Origin: Polyangiales bacterium
Lineage (GTDB): Bacteria > Myxococcota_A > Polyangia > Polyangiales > Ga0077539
Assembly: GCA_044229975.1 (NCBI GenBank)
Contig: JBGARZ010000023.1
Location: forward strand, 32,001-96,000
Reading direction: 5' to 3'
DNA: 64,000 nucleotides
Shown: positions 9,925-18,491 of the stretch, one piece after another
How the letters are laid out: each line of letters starts with the position of its first letter
Numbering within the stretch: the first letter of the stretch is position 1
Made by a program: the position numbers and the translations under genes
Notes under the pieces: model-generated
Database searches by the model: none
Told to the model about the DNA's origin: nothing
The model's input: the letters and a program-made list of their open reading frames with translations, nothing else

Positions 9925-11448
9925 TTAGGGGGGTCGAGTCGGCGACTGTGACCCTGACGGCCCATGCTTCCGCGGCGGGGACCGACGGCGAGCCGGGACG
10001 ATCAGTCCCAGGACTGCCAGCACGAGCGACGCGCCACCCCCACCGGGCGCGGCGTGCGCCCCCGCGCGGCAGTTGCACCCGTCGCGCGGCGCTGGTGCGC
10101 CAACGGCGTCGAGCACGGTGTCGGGGGCATCGAGCACCCGGCCCGCGTCGCGGGCGTCGGCCCCGCCGAGATCCTCAGACACGTCGGGCGCGGCGCCGAG
10201 GTCCGCGGGCAGCGTCCCGGCGTCGAGCGGCGCCTGCATCCCGCTCGCGTCGAAGACGGCGGCATCGTGGAAGACCGGCGCGCGCGGCGCGCTCGCGTCG
10301 ATGCTCCGAAGCGGCGCCGAGACCGCCGACCAGAAGTCGGCGCACGTCGCCCCGACGCTGGCGTCGCCGCACATCGGAGAGGTGCCGGTGAGCCGACGTA
10401 GCGAGAGCAGCGGGTCGATGTGCTCGCCGCCGTCGTGGGAGTAGCCCAGCGCGAATCCGTCAATCACCTCGTCGGCGCACACGAAGAGCAGCCCGGCGTG
10501 ATAGCGCAGGCACTTCACACCAACGTCGCCACCGACACGCGTCCACGGGCCACCGCGCACCGATCGGCGGATGCCCTCGGCGCGAGCGGAGCTCGCGGTC
10601 CAAACGGTCTCGCCGTCGTCGGAGAGCGCAAAGCCCACCATCTCCTCCGACGTCTCCCCGATGGGGCGTAGGGTCAACCCGCCGTCATCGCTGCGCAGCA
10701 ACACCGTCCCGAGACCACGGGTACCTCGCACGTACACCACGTCGGGCCGGCGCGGATCGACGGCAGCGAGGAATACCCCATGGGCGCCGGCAAAGTCCCG
10801 CGCGACCTCGCGCACCGAGCGCCCGCCGTCGTCACTGCGCAGAAGAACCGGGATGCCGCCGCGAACATAGGCCGTCACGTAGACTCGCCGCGGGTCGTTG
10901 GGCGCCACGTCCGCGGTCTCGCTGAAGTACCCCATCAGCCGCGCGCCAGCTTCCCAACTCCGCCCGCCGTCGGACGAGAGCACCAACACGTCGTCGCCGG
11001 TGGGCCCGGCCAACGCAACCATGGCGCGCCCGTCGGCGGTGTGGGTAATGTCGGCAAAGCCCCGCGTGGGCGCGCCCGCCGGACGCGTCCAGCGACAGTA
11101 CGCCCCGTTGCTGGATGCGAGCCCGGTGAAGGTTGCGATCACCACGGTGCCGTCGGCGCCGATGGAGAGCGACGGATCGGCAGCGCCAGGGGCATTGAAG
11201 CCCTCCTCACAAACCCAATCCCACTGCCGCCCGCCGTCTCGCGAGAGCAGCAGACCGAAGGTCGTGCGCAGCGCTAGGACGTCGTTGGTCGCGCCCGGGC
11301 CCGCGACGAAGTATCCCGCTGCGGGGAAGCGCCCGTTGGCCTGCGCCTCGCCCGCGAAACCGAGAGCCAGCGCCAGACCCAGTGCCCCCACCCTACCCCG
11401 CACCGCTCCCCCGCACATCCAATGCCCACCCGCCGTTGGTGCTGTCAT
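9925..11448 (-). CDS. Secreted Asp-box/BNR beta-propeller protein with MYXO-CTERM-like tail (paralog 4)
   Basis: GGGAG RBS before ATG 11448; AQA-NGRFPAAGYFVAGPG; closely similar to paralogs 1 and 2; DGCNC-TM-RRR tail. Confidence 0.85.
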   Translation of the reverse strand: MTAPTAGGHWMCGGAVRGRVGALGLALALGFAGEAQANGRFPAAGYFVAGPGATNDVLALRTTFGLLLSRDGGRQWDWVCEEGFNAPGAADPSLSIGADGTVVIATFTGLASSNGAYCRWTRPAGAPTRGFADITHTADGRAMVALAGPTGDDVLVLSSDGGRSWEAGARLMGYFSETADVAPNDPRRVYVTAYVRGGIPVLLRSDDGGRSVREVARDFAGAHGVFLAAVDPRRPDVVYVRGTRGLGTVLLRSDDGGLTLRPIGETSEEMVGFALSDDGETVWTASSARAEGIRRSVRGGPWTRVGGDVGVKCLRYHAGLLFVCADEVIDGFALGYSHDGGEHIDPLLSLRRLTGTSPMCGDASVGATCADFWSAVSAPLRSIDASAPRAPVFHDAAVFDASGMQAPLDAGTLPADLGAAPDVSEDLGGADARDAGRVLDAPDTVLDAVGAPAPRDGCNCRAGAHAAPGGGGASLVLAVLGLIVPARRRSPPRKHGPSGSQSPTRPP

Positions 11449-11514
11449 CCCTACTCCCGCGATCCTGACACGGAATGCCCGGCTTCCGCCCCGGACAAGG
11501 GCTCGATGACTTCC

Positions 11515-11531
11515 TACTATCCGTCGTAGTA
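11515..11531. promoter_or_regulatory. Palindromic operator-like site TACTA-N7-TAGTA
   Basis: TACTATCCGTCGTAGTA in an AT-rich intergenic patch upstream of paralog 4. Confidence 0.45.
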
Positions 11532-11589
11532 TTTTCGCGACTCGCGCGGACGTTCCGCGCCAGGAGACGGACGGAACGTGACCAAACTG

Positions 11590-11824
11590 CAGTCTGACCT
11601 GCGGCGCGCTCACGCTCGTCGGCTGGGTGGCCGGGAAGCTGGGCGCCCCTCCCTCACCTGCAACGTGCCCTTCTGGCTCGCGTACGCGGCGGGCGGGTGG
11701 TTCGCGCTGCGTAAAGCGGTGCTCGTCATCCGCGCGAAGAAGTTCGAGATCGACTTCCTCATGCTGGTGGCCGCCGCGGGCGGGGGCGCTCGGGGAGTGG
11801 TTCGAGGGGGCGCTGCTGCTCTTC
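11590..11824 (+). pseudogene. N-terminal transmembrane fragment of a heavy-metal P1B-type ATPase
   Basis: LAYAAGGWFALRKAV..FEIDFLMLVAAAG / GALGEWFEGALLLF, split by a frameshift and then truncated. Confidence 0.75.
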
Positions 11825-11826
11825 CC

Positions 11827-12125
11827 CGCCGCGTGCTTCCACTGCGACCCTCTGCTGGTGGAGGGGTGTTGACCCCGATCCGGCGTGGCATCAGGTCGTC
11901 GAGCTGTTGAACTCCCCGTGATCCTGCGCGAGGTGACCAGTGGGTCCGCGACCGCAGCACGGCGCAGCCACGCCCGACGACACCACCGACCCGTAGCGGA
12001 TCGGCGAAACCTCTCCAGACAGCGACTCAGCAAGGGCGCCCGTACATGTGCGCGGCGGGCCTCGGACGCAGCTGCTCGGGGGCGACCTCGCGGCGCTCAC
12101 GCCATGGGTGCCGCCAAAGCACAGA
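11827..12125 (+). pseudogene. Highly decayed third copy of the rep-like gene
   Basis: QWVRDR at 11938 matches PQWVRDRL of both rep paralogs; DPLLVEG resembles HPALYEG; lies next to iterons in the same geometry as the other copies. Confidence 0.45.
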
Positions 12126-12126
12126 G

Positions 12127-12464
12127 GCCCGGCCACACGATCGGCCAAATTCCGGCAGACCCCGGTGGAGGATTCGGCCAGCTTCCGGCAGATCCTGGTG
12201 CCAGATCGGCCAAATTCCGGCAGACCCCGGTGGGGACATGTCGATAACTTGCTAGAATCGTTACCTAATTTTCTAAACCAAGGCCTTCTGTACAGGTACT
12301 CTACAGAGCCGTCGGTTCCGCTTCGCTCCTCTCGGCCCCGGATTAGGAGGGATACGGCCGAAGGATGTCTTGCCTTCATGACGGCAAGAGGCAACGCCTT
12401 CCAGATGGAGTGACGTCACGAGATAGCGGGCAGTGGCGTGGTACACCGGGTATCGTTGAACGCC
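12127..12464. repeat. Origin-like element copy 2 (three iterons, AT-rich stretch, palindromes)
   Basis: cggcca(aa/gc)ttccggcaga(c/t)cc(c/t)ggtg at 12142, 12175 and 12207; AT-rich 12242-12280; inverted homolog of 7349-7657. Confidence 0.8.
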
Positions 12465-12600
12465 CCTCGTTTCGCAGCGAAACCGTAGGCGTCCACCCGC
12501 CTTTCCATGTAGACGTCATTCCTTCCTGACGTCACGAAGGCAAGCCTTCGTTCCGTCACCTTATGTGCCGGACCGTCCTCCAGACGGGCCGAGCACCAGA

Positions 12601-12830
12601 AGGTTCTCCTCAGAGGAGAACCTCAGAGAGGACGTCAGAAAGTTGATTTCTCCTGTACTTCCAATGACTTGCAACAGGGCCTTCCGCAGGATCTGCCGGA
12701 TTCCTGCCGGTTCACCCGCAGGATCTGCCGGATTCCTGCCGGTTCATCCGCTAGGTCTGCCGGATTCCTGCCGGTCCACCCCTCCTGGCCAGTTCATCCG
12801 CAGGGTCTGCCGGATTTCTGCCGGTCACCT
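12601..12830. other. Putative replication origin of the intact replicon: perfect palindrome, AT-richer stretch, four iterons
   Basis: AGGTTCTCCTC-A-GAGGAGAACCT at 12601-12623; ccgcaggatctgccggattcctgccgg-like units at 12684, 12716, 12748 and 12798 (32-bp period for the first three). Confidence 0.7.
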
Positions 12831-14397
12831 GCCGGTCGAGACCCGCCCGGATGGCTCGCCCGAGCGGCTCGTCAGGCGCCGCCTCGGCTCCCCGAATGGT
12901 CCTCTCCCCCACGCCCAGCATCTTCGCCGCTTGCGCCTGCGTCCAACCTTGCTGCAAACGCCAGGCGTGTAGTTCGCCACCTGTTAGCAACAAGGGCGTC
13001 GCGAGCTGCTCGGCCGGCTCGATTCCATGAACCAATCGGTCACGGACCCACTGCGGCGGGTAGAGGTGGCAACGCCCGGTACGGGACCGCGCCTCGTTCG
13101 GGTTCCACCGGGCGAGCCCGAGTCCCCCCACGCGCTGCAGCTCCGCGAGGTTGCGGTCGAGCGCCGTCCAGGCCCTCCCGGGGTCGTGCGAAGACACGGG
13201 GATCCCAGCCGTGTCGAGGAGGCGCTCTCCCGTGAGGGTCAGATGATCCAACCCGTCGGCGGTGTCCCATCTCCACCGGATCGGCAGGATCAGTCCGAGG
13301 GCGAGCGCGTACGGGAAGCGGGCGTGGTCGATCGTCGCCAGCTCGGTAGGAGCCGGGGCCCAGAGCCTCCCGATGGAGCCGTCGGCGCGGCGGACCCCCT
13401 CGTACAACGCCGGGTGGATGACGAGCTCGAGCCCCTGGAGCGCCCACTCGGACCCGCGCAGGGCCTCGCCGCGCTGGGTCACGGCGAGAACTGGGCCGCG
13501 CAGGCGGAGGGTGCCGTCTGAGTTGTAGACGGCGACCTCCATGCGCGTGAGGGCTTCGACCTCGGCGGCGACGGTCGCCCGCAGCTCGGGCGTTCGCCGC
13601 GAGCGGTCGGCGTAGCCGAGGGCGTCGAGGTGGTCTTCGAGCGACCAGCGGATGCGCCCCGTACGTCCGGCCTCGGTGAACAGGCACTGCAGCGCGGCCC
13701 AATGCCGGAGCCCCTGCCACGACCGCCACGCTTTGATGGCATGAACGATCCGCTCGGGCAGCTCCTGGACGTCGAGCCGTAGCCCGAGCTGTTTGCTGGG
13801 GTGGAGGATCTCGGCCCACCCTTCGCGCTGGGTCGTCGTGTAGGGACGCCGACGATTCTTCGGCAGGTCGCGCCACCGGTCGATCAGCGAGTGGTGAACG
13901 TTGCCGGCGTCCAGCGCTATGAAAGGCCGCGCTCGGTCGCGTTCGATCTCGCGCCACGCGAGGTAGGCGCGGGCCGCGAGTGCGACAGAGATGGGCGGTT
14001 CATCGTCCGCGTCGTCGCGGCCGCCCGAGGCGAAGAGGCCGCGGATGCGGTCGCAGCAGGCAGCCGCTGCGGCGGGGTCCGGCGCCCGGTCGCCGAGCCA
14101 GGCGACGACATCGGCGGGGGCGGCGGCCAGCGGCCAGAGCGGCAGGGCAGAGCCGCCCTCCACGCTGACCTCGATGGCCATCCAGACGGTCGGGTCGGCG
14201 CCGAGTTCGGCGCCCGCCGCCGTCAGCGCGGCGAGGTGCGGCTCGGTGTCGGAGAGGCCGGAGGCGCGCACCCGATCGACCACCGCCGCGCGCACGGCAT
14301 CAGCGACCAGCGTTCGGAGCGCGCCGTCGAGCGCGTCGAGGTCGGCTCGCACGAGCAGAGCACGGGCGTCGGAGCGGCGCACGACGAGAGGGGTCAT
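12751..14397 (-). CDS. Putative plasmid replication initiator with C-terminal XRE-type HTH
   Basis: Intact ORF downstream of parA and its partner; ends within the iterons; C-terminal TGGELHAWRLQQGWTQAQAAKMLGVGERTIRGAE HTH; Rep function inferred from context. Confidence 0.65.
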   Translation of the reverse strand: MTPLVVRRSDARALLVRADLDALDGALRTLVADAVRAAVVDRVRASGLSDTEPHLAALTAAGAELGADPTVWMAIEVSVEGGSALPLWPLAAAPADVVAWLGDRAPDPAAAAACCDRIRGLFASGGRDDADDEPPISVALAARAYLAWREIERDRARPFIALDAGNVHHSLIDRWRDLPKNRRRPYTTTQREGWAEILHPSKQLGLRLDVQELPERIVHAIKAWRSWQGLRHWAALQCLFTEAGRTGRIRWSLEDHLDALGYADRSRRTPELRATVAAEVEALTRMEVAVYNSDGTLRLRGPVLAVTQRGEALRGSEWALQGLELVIHPALYEGVRRADGSIGRLWAPAPTELATIDHARFPYALALGLILPIRWRWDTADGLDHLTLTGERLLDTAGIPVSSHDPGRAWTALDRNLAELQRVGGLGLARWNPNEARSRTGRCHLYPPQWVRDRLVHGIEPAEQLATPLLLTGGELHAWRLQQGWTQAQAAKMLGVGERTIRGAEAAPDEPLGRAIRAGLDRQVTGRNPADPADELARRGGPAGIRQT

Positions 14398-14447
14398 GGC
14401 GTTTCGAGAAGAGAGCCGTGCAGAGACATCGGAATGCGCTGTCTCAG

Positions 14448-14843
14448 TCAGGCCCGGAGTCGGGCGCGCAAGAGGGCCTTCAAGTCGGCCTCGGACTTCG
14501 CTTCGCTCAGGTCGAGACCCTCGCTCTCCAGCGCATCGACGAGCGCCCGTAGGATCTCCGCCCGCCGGATGGCGGCGCCGGTCTTGGCCCGGATGTCGTT
14601 TGCCAGGCGGTCGAGGAACACGATCTGTCTGTTGAAGAGGACCACGGTGACCTTGGTCCATTCCTCGTGGGTGGCAGGTCGCCCCAGGGCGGGTGCAGCC
14701 GCCTTCACGGCAGTTGGTTCGACCAGCATCGGTGGGGCCGGCTCAGCTGCCAGCGTCGCTGCCGTTTCGGGCTCGGCGGGCGCCGCCTCTGCTGCGGTGG
14801 CCGAGAAGATGTTCATCTTGCCCAGCCTGCTCGGCTTGTTCAT
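14448..14843 (-). CDS. ParG-like ribbon-helix-helix partition partner
   Basis: Directly after parA; flexible Ala/Pro/Glu N-terminus, then KVTVVL strand and two helices (RAEILRALVD); GAGGA RBS. Confidence 0.65.
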   Translation of the reverse strand: MNKPSRLGKMNIFSATAAEAAPAEPETAATLAAEPAPPMLVEPTAVKAAAPALGRPATHEEWTKVTVVLFNRQIVFLDRLANDIRAKTGAAIRRAEILRALVDALESEGLDLSEAKSEADLKALLRARLRA

Positions 14844-14878
14844 GCGTTCCTCACTTCCATTATGACGGCAGTCCGCCC

Positions 14879-15652
14879 TTACTTCTTGCCGTCTTGACGG
14901 CACCTTTGCAAGACCTCAGCAGCGAGCCGGCGATAGGCGTCGGCGCCGCTTGAGTTCGGGTCGTGCCCGAAGATCGTCTCGCCGAAGCTCGGGGCCTCCG
15001 AGAGGCGGACGTTGATCGGAATCTCTGTCTTGAAGACGCGCTCGCCGTAGTGCCCTCGGATGAGGTCGATGACCTCCCCGGTGACCTTCGGCCGACGGTC
15101 CACCTGGGTGAGCACCAGTCCCAACAAGGTGGCCTTTGCACCGGTGCCCCGGCGAAGCAGTTCCGTGGCCTCCATCAGGTTCACGAGTCCCTCGACGGCC
15201 AGGTACTGGGGTGTGACCGGCACCAGGAAGGCGTCCGCGGCCACCAGGGCGTTGATGGGCACCATCGAGAGCGAGGGAGGGCAGTCGAGGAGGATGAAGG
15301 CGTAGTCGCCTCTCACCGGCGCCAGGGCCTCCACCAGACGGCGCTCGCGTCCCTTCACGTCGGCGAGGGCGAGGTCGGCGTTGGCCAGGGCCATCGAGCC
15401 AGTGAGCAGGTCGAGGCCCTCGACGGCCGTCGGACGGATCGCGTCGCGAATCGGCAGCCCGTCGAGCAGGACCTCCGCCGACGAGGGGGCGAGCTTGTCG
15501 CGCGCGACCCCGAGCGAGAAGGACGCCGACCCCTGGCTGTCCAGATCGGCTAGCAGCACGCGCCGCGTCTTCGTGGCGAGCCCCGCCGCGAGGTTGACCG
15601 CCGTGGTCGTCTTGGCGACGCCACCCTTGTTGTTGACCAGCGCGATGATCAT
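14879..15652 (-). CDS. parA: ParA/Soj family partition ATPase
   Basis: KGGVAKTTT deviant Walker A, DLDSQG, ILLDCPP, NALVAAD, IPINVRLSEAP; no N-terminal HTH (type Ib). Confidence 0.95.
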   Translation of the reverse strand: MIIALVNNKGGVAKTTTAVNLAAGLATKTRRVLLADLDSQGSASFSLGVARDKLAPSSAEVLLDGLPIRDAIRPTAVEGLDLLTGSMALANADLALADVKGRERRLVEALAPVRGDYAFILLDCPPSLSMVPINALVAADAFLVPVTPQYLAVEGLVNLMEATELLRRGTGAKATLLGLVLTQVDRRPKVTGEVIDLIRGHYGERVFKTEIPINVRLSEAPSFGETIFGHDPNSSGADAYRRLAAEVLQRCRQDGKK

Positions 15653-15921
15653 GCCATCCGTCCTTCCGCCTAGACGGCTGGGTAGCATGACGCCCTGACT
15701 TCTTTCCATCCCAAAGTGGACCGGCATACTGTGGTCGTCGAAGGGGACCTTCCCCACCTTCGCCATGCCCACAACTACCCCTGCGAGGTCGGCGTAGAGC
15801 TCTGCGCGTGCCAGGCTCCGCCGATTCACATGCAGCTCCATGCGGGTAGACCAGGCGCACAAGCCGTTGCCACAACCGTCCCCTGCGCTTGCGGCGCCGA
15901 CCAGATCACGGGGGTGGTGCG

Positions 15922-18201
15922 ATGAGCCTCCCCGTCCAGGAACGTCGCGGGGTGTCCCCCGTCGCGCGATCGGGGTTCGCGCGGGACACGCGTATCGAAC
16001 CCAATGCCCTCACCGCAATCAAGCAGGAGGCGGCGTTTGGTTGGCTCTGCTGCCAGCTGTTGCCCGGGATGTCGAGCATTCGCGTGCTCCCCGGCGAGGT
16101 GGGCACCGAGAGGGACTGGGTCAGGCCCGCGATCCAATCGAACGTGGACCCTCGGGACGCCGTCGCCGCACACCTCCTCGCGGGCGACAGAAGGAACTCG
16201 GTGTCGTTGCCGGGGTACACGCGAGAGCCCGTGCGGTCGGTCGCGTTTGCGTACTCGAAAAGGGCGCGCACCTCGCGCCTGACAATCCACCTGTCTGGCC
16301 GCGTTCCAGGCTACGAGGTCGGCACGTTCGTCCAGCGCCTCGGCGACCGAGTGGGCCACAGCCGCCTGTTGGTCACCTCGGTCAGCGCCATGGTCGGCGG
16401 TCGCAGGGAGCACCGATGCCACGTCCGCGTGCCGGAGATGGAGGTGTTATGCGCGGTGACCGCGGTCTCTCAACTGCTCGAAGACTGCGGCTTCGCGCAG
16501 CGTAGCGGGGTGGTCGAGGTGTTCCCGGACAGCCGGTTTGCCGGCCTGCCCTTCGGGCTGCTCGAGAACGAGTTGCTGCGCTACGGCGACGGCGGTCTGG
16601 AGTCCGAGCCCGAGTGCGGGTGGCGGCGGCTGGTCGCGGAGTTTCAGGCGTTGGAGACCCTCGACTTCGAGCGTCTTCTTCCGCCCTCCTCCTCCGACCC
16701 AGAAGTCACCACATCTCGCGCCGCCGACCCGCTCGCTCCGGCGACTGTCGCCCCTCGTGCTGCCGACCCACCGATCTCCTCGACGGCGCCGTCCGTGGCT
16801 CCCGGGAGCGTTGATGCCTACTTCGAGCTGGTCTGTCACGGGGTCGCCCTCGTGTCCGTGCAGCCAGAGTCCTGCCCATGGACCCCGGAGGGGGGCTGGA
16901 AGTGGTTGAAGACGCGAATCGACGTGAAGCGTTCGGTTGTCGCGCACCTGCTGGCCTCCCAGACGGGGCAGCCCTCGCGGCTCGGGCGACGCGGCATCCG
17001 CGCGTCCGGGCTCTCGTACCGGCCCGATGCGACGACGTCCCGCATCACGATCGACCTGGACGGCAAGCACGGGTACGAGCCCGCCAAGGTCGTCGCTGCT
17101 CTCGCCGCCATCGTGGGACGCGACCGCCTGATGGTGACCGCGAGCAGCGGCTCCCCCGGGCACTACCATTGTCACGCCCGGGTCCCACCGATGCGCGTGG
17201 ATGAGACGGTCGCGGCGTCGCGCGCGCTGCTCGACAGGGCCGGGTTCAAGTGGAAGCTGGGTGGCGCGGAGACCTACCCGAGCACTGGCAACTGTCGCCT
17301 GCCGTTCGGCCTGGGCGGGTGCGAGCTGTTCGAGGACGAGCAACTCCAGGTCGGCCATCAGGAGACGTGGCAGGAGCTCACGAAGCGGCTCTGTGGGATG
17401 CCGACGCTGGTGTTCCAATCGGGGTCGCCGCCTGGTAGCCGAGCGCGTCGGCACGTCCGCTCGCGCGCCCGGGCCCGTAACGCCGAGACGGCTGCCCGCA
17501 TCGAGAGGTGGCGCGCGAACGGGGTCGAACGCCACGAGCGAAACCAAGCGCTGTTCGACCTCGTGGTGAACGGTCGTTGTCGGGGCCTCGCGGAAGATGA
17601 GGTCCTTCGCGAGCTCCAGGGATGGATCGACGGAGGCGGCCTGGCGCGGAGCGCCGTGGCGCGGAAACCCGGCGGCATCGCCAAGCAGCGTAACCAGGTT
17701 CTCCCGGATGTTGTGGAGCGGGTGTATGGCTACCCTCCCCCCGCGAAGCAGAAGGCCAACCTCACGGAGACAGAGATCGCCTGGGTCGTCGAGATCGCCA
17801 AAGAGCGATGCCCCAAACGGCGCGCGCACGCGGTGGTGCTCCTGCTCGACGTGCTGCCATGGTTCAAGGCCGCGTGGCTCGAGGGCAGGACGGACGTCAC
17901 GCTCGGGCAGAAGGAGTGGGCCCGAACCCTCGGGCGACGGGGGGATGGCTACGCGTTGCTCCGGCGACAACTGCACCTGTTCAGGCAGACGTCCCACTAC
18001 GTGATTGGCGAGCGCTCGACCACCTGGTGCCTGACCGAGCCCGTCCCCTTCGAGTCTCGCCATCCGACCGAGCGTCTGGTTTCGACGAACCCGCGTCCCG
18101 CGACGAAGCGCACTGGTTCGAAGCCCTCCCGCCTCCAAAAGACGGCGTGGGTTCTGGCGGCCGCTGAGCGGGTAGCTCGCGGCGTCGTCCGGGATGGGTG
18201 A
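15922..18201 (+). CDS. Primase-polymerase-like protein with tandem AEP-like domains and a PriCT-like region
   Basis: Second domain has ITIDLD, SSGSPGHYHCH and CRLPFG; first domain is a clear internal duplicate with LTIHLS; later HERNQALFDL resembles PriCT-1. Confidence 0.65.
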   Translation: MSLPVQERRGVSPVARSGFARDTRIEPNALTAIKQEAAFGWLCCQLLPGMSSIRVLPGEVGTERDWVRPAIQSNVDPRDAVAAHLLAGDRRNSVSLPGYTREPVRSVAFAYSKRARTSRLTIHLSGRVPGYEVGTFVQRLGDRVGHSRLLVTSVSAMVGGRREHRCHVRVPEMEVLCAVTAVSQLLEDCGFAQRSGVVEVFPDSRFAGLPFGLLENELLRYGDGGLESEPECGWRRLVAEFQALETLDFERLLPPSSSDPEVTTSRAADPLAPATVAPRAADPPISSTAPSVAPGSVDAYFELVCHGVALVSVQPESCPWTPEGGWKWLKTRIDVKRSVVAHLLASQTGQPSRLGRRGIRASGLSYRPDATTSRITIDLDGKHGYEPAKVVAALAAIVGRDRLMVTASSGSPGHYHCHARVPPMRVDETVAASRALLDRAGFKWKLGGAETYPSTGNCRLPFGLGGCELFEDEQLQVGHQETWQELTKRLCGMPTLVFQSGSPPGSRARRHVRSRARARNAETAARIERWRANGVERHERNQALFDLVVNGRCRGLAEDEVLRELQGWIDGGGLARSAVARKPGGIAKQRNQVLPDVVERVYGYPPPAKQKANLTETEIAWVVEIAKERCPKRRAHAVVLLLDVLPWFKAAWLEGRTDVTLGQKEWARTLGRRGDGYALLRRQLHLFRQTSHYVIGERSTTWCLTEPVPFESRHPTERLVSTNPRPATKRTGSKPSRLQKTAWVLAAAERVARGVVRDG

Positions 18202-18252
18202 AAGTTCCCCGTCGAAAAAGCTGTGAGTTACCAGCCACTTCCGGTCAAACAA

Positions 18253-18435
18253 GACGCACTCTGTCTGCTCCTACCCGTTGGGACGCACTGTGTCGGTGAG
18301 GGCGGCGGCGGACCAAGACCACGGAGTGCTGATCGGAGAGCAGACGGTCGGACGCAAGTCGAGGAGGAGAGGGAAGCCGTCGCCCCCGCTGCCGCCGTCG
18401 TCGATGCCGCGTGAGACCACGGAGTGCTGGTCGGA
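18253..18435. repeat. Direct repeats downstream of the AEP-like gene
   Basis: gacgcact(c/g)tgtc at 18253 and 18282; agaccacggagtgctg(a/g)tcgga at 18316 and 18414. Confidence 0.8.
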
Positions 18436-18491
18436 TGCCGGTCGCTGGGCCGGTTCGCGGGCCCCACCGTACGCACCCCAGCGGGGCGCAG

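Noticed and set aside
7349..12464. Large inverted repeat as transposon termini
   Set aside because: Copies are diverged, contain iterons and abut rep remnants; no transposase inside and no target-site duplication seen
12142..12830. Regularly spaced ~27-bp repeats as a CRISPR array
   Set aside because: Gaps between repeats are mostly only 5-9 bp, there are no unique spacers of CRISPR length and no cas genes; they fit iterons
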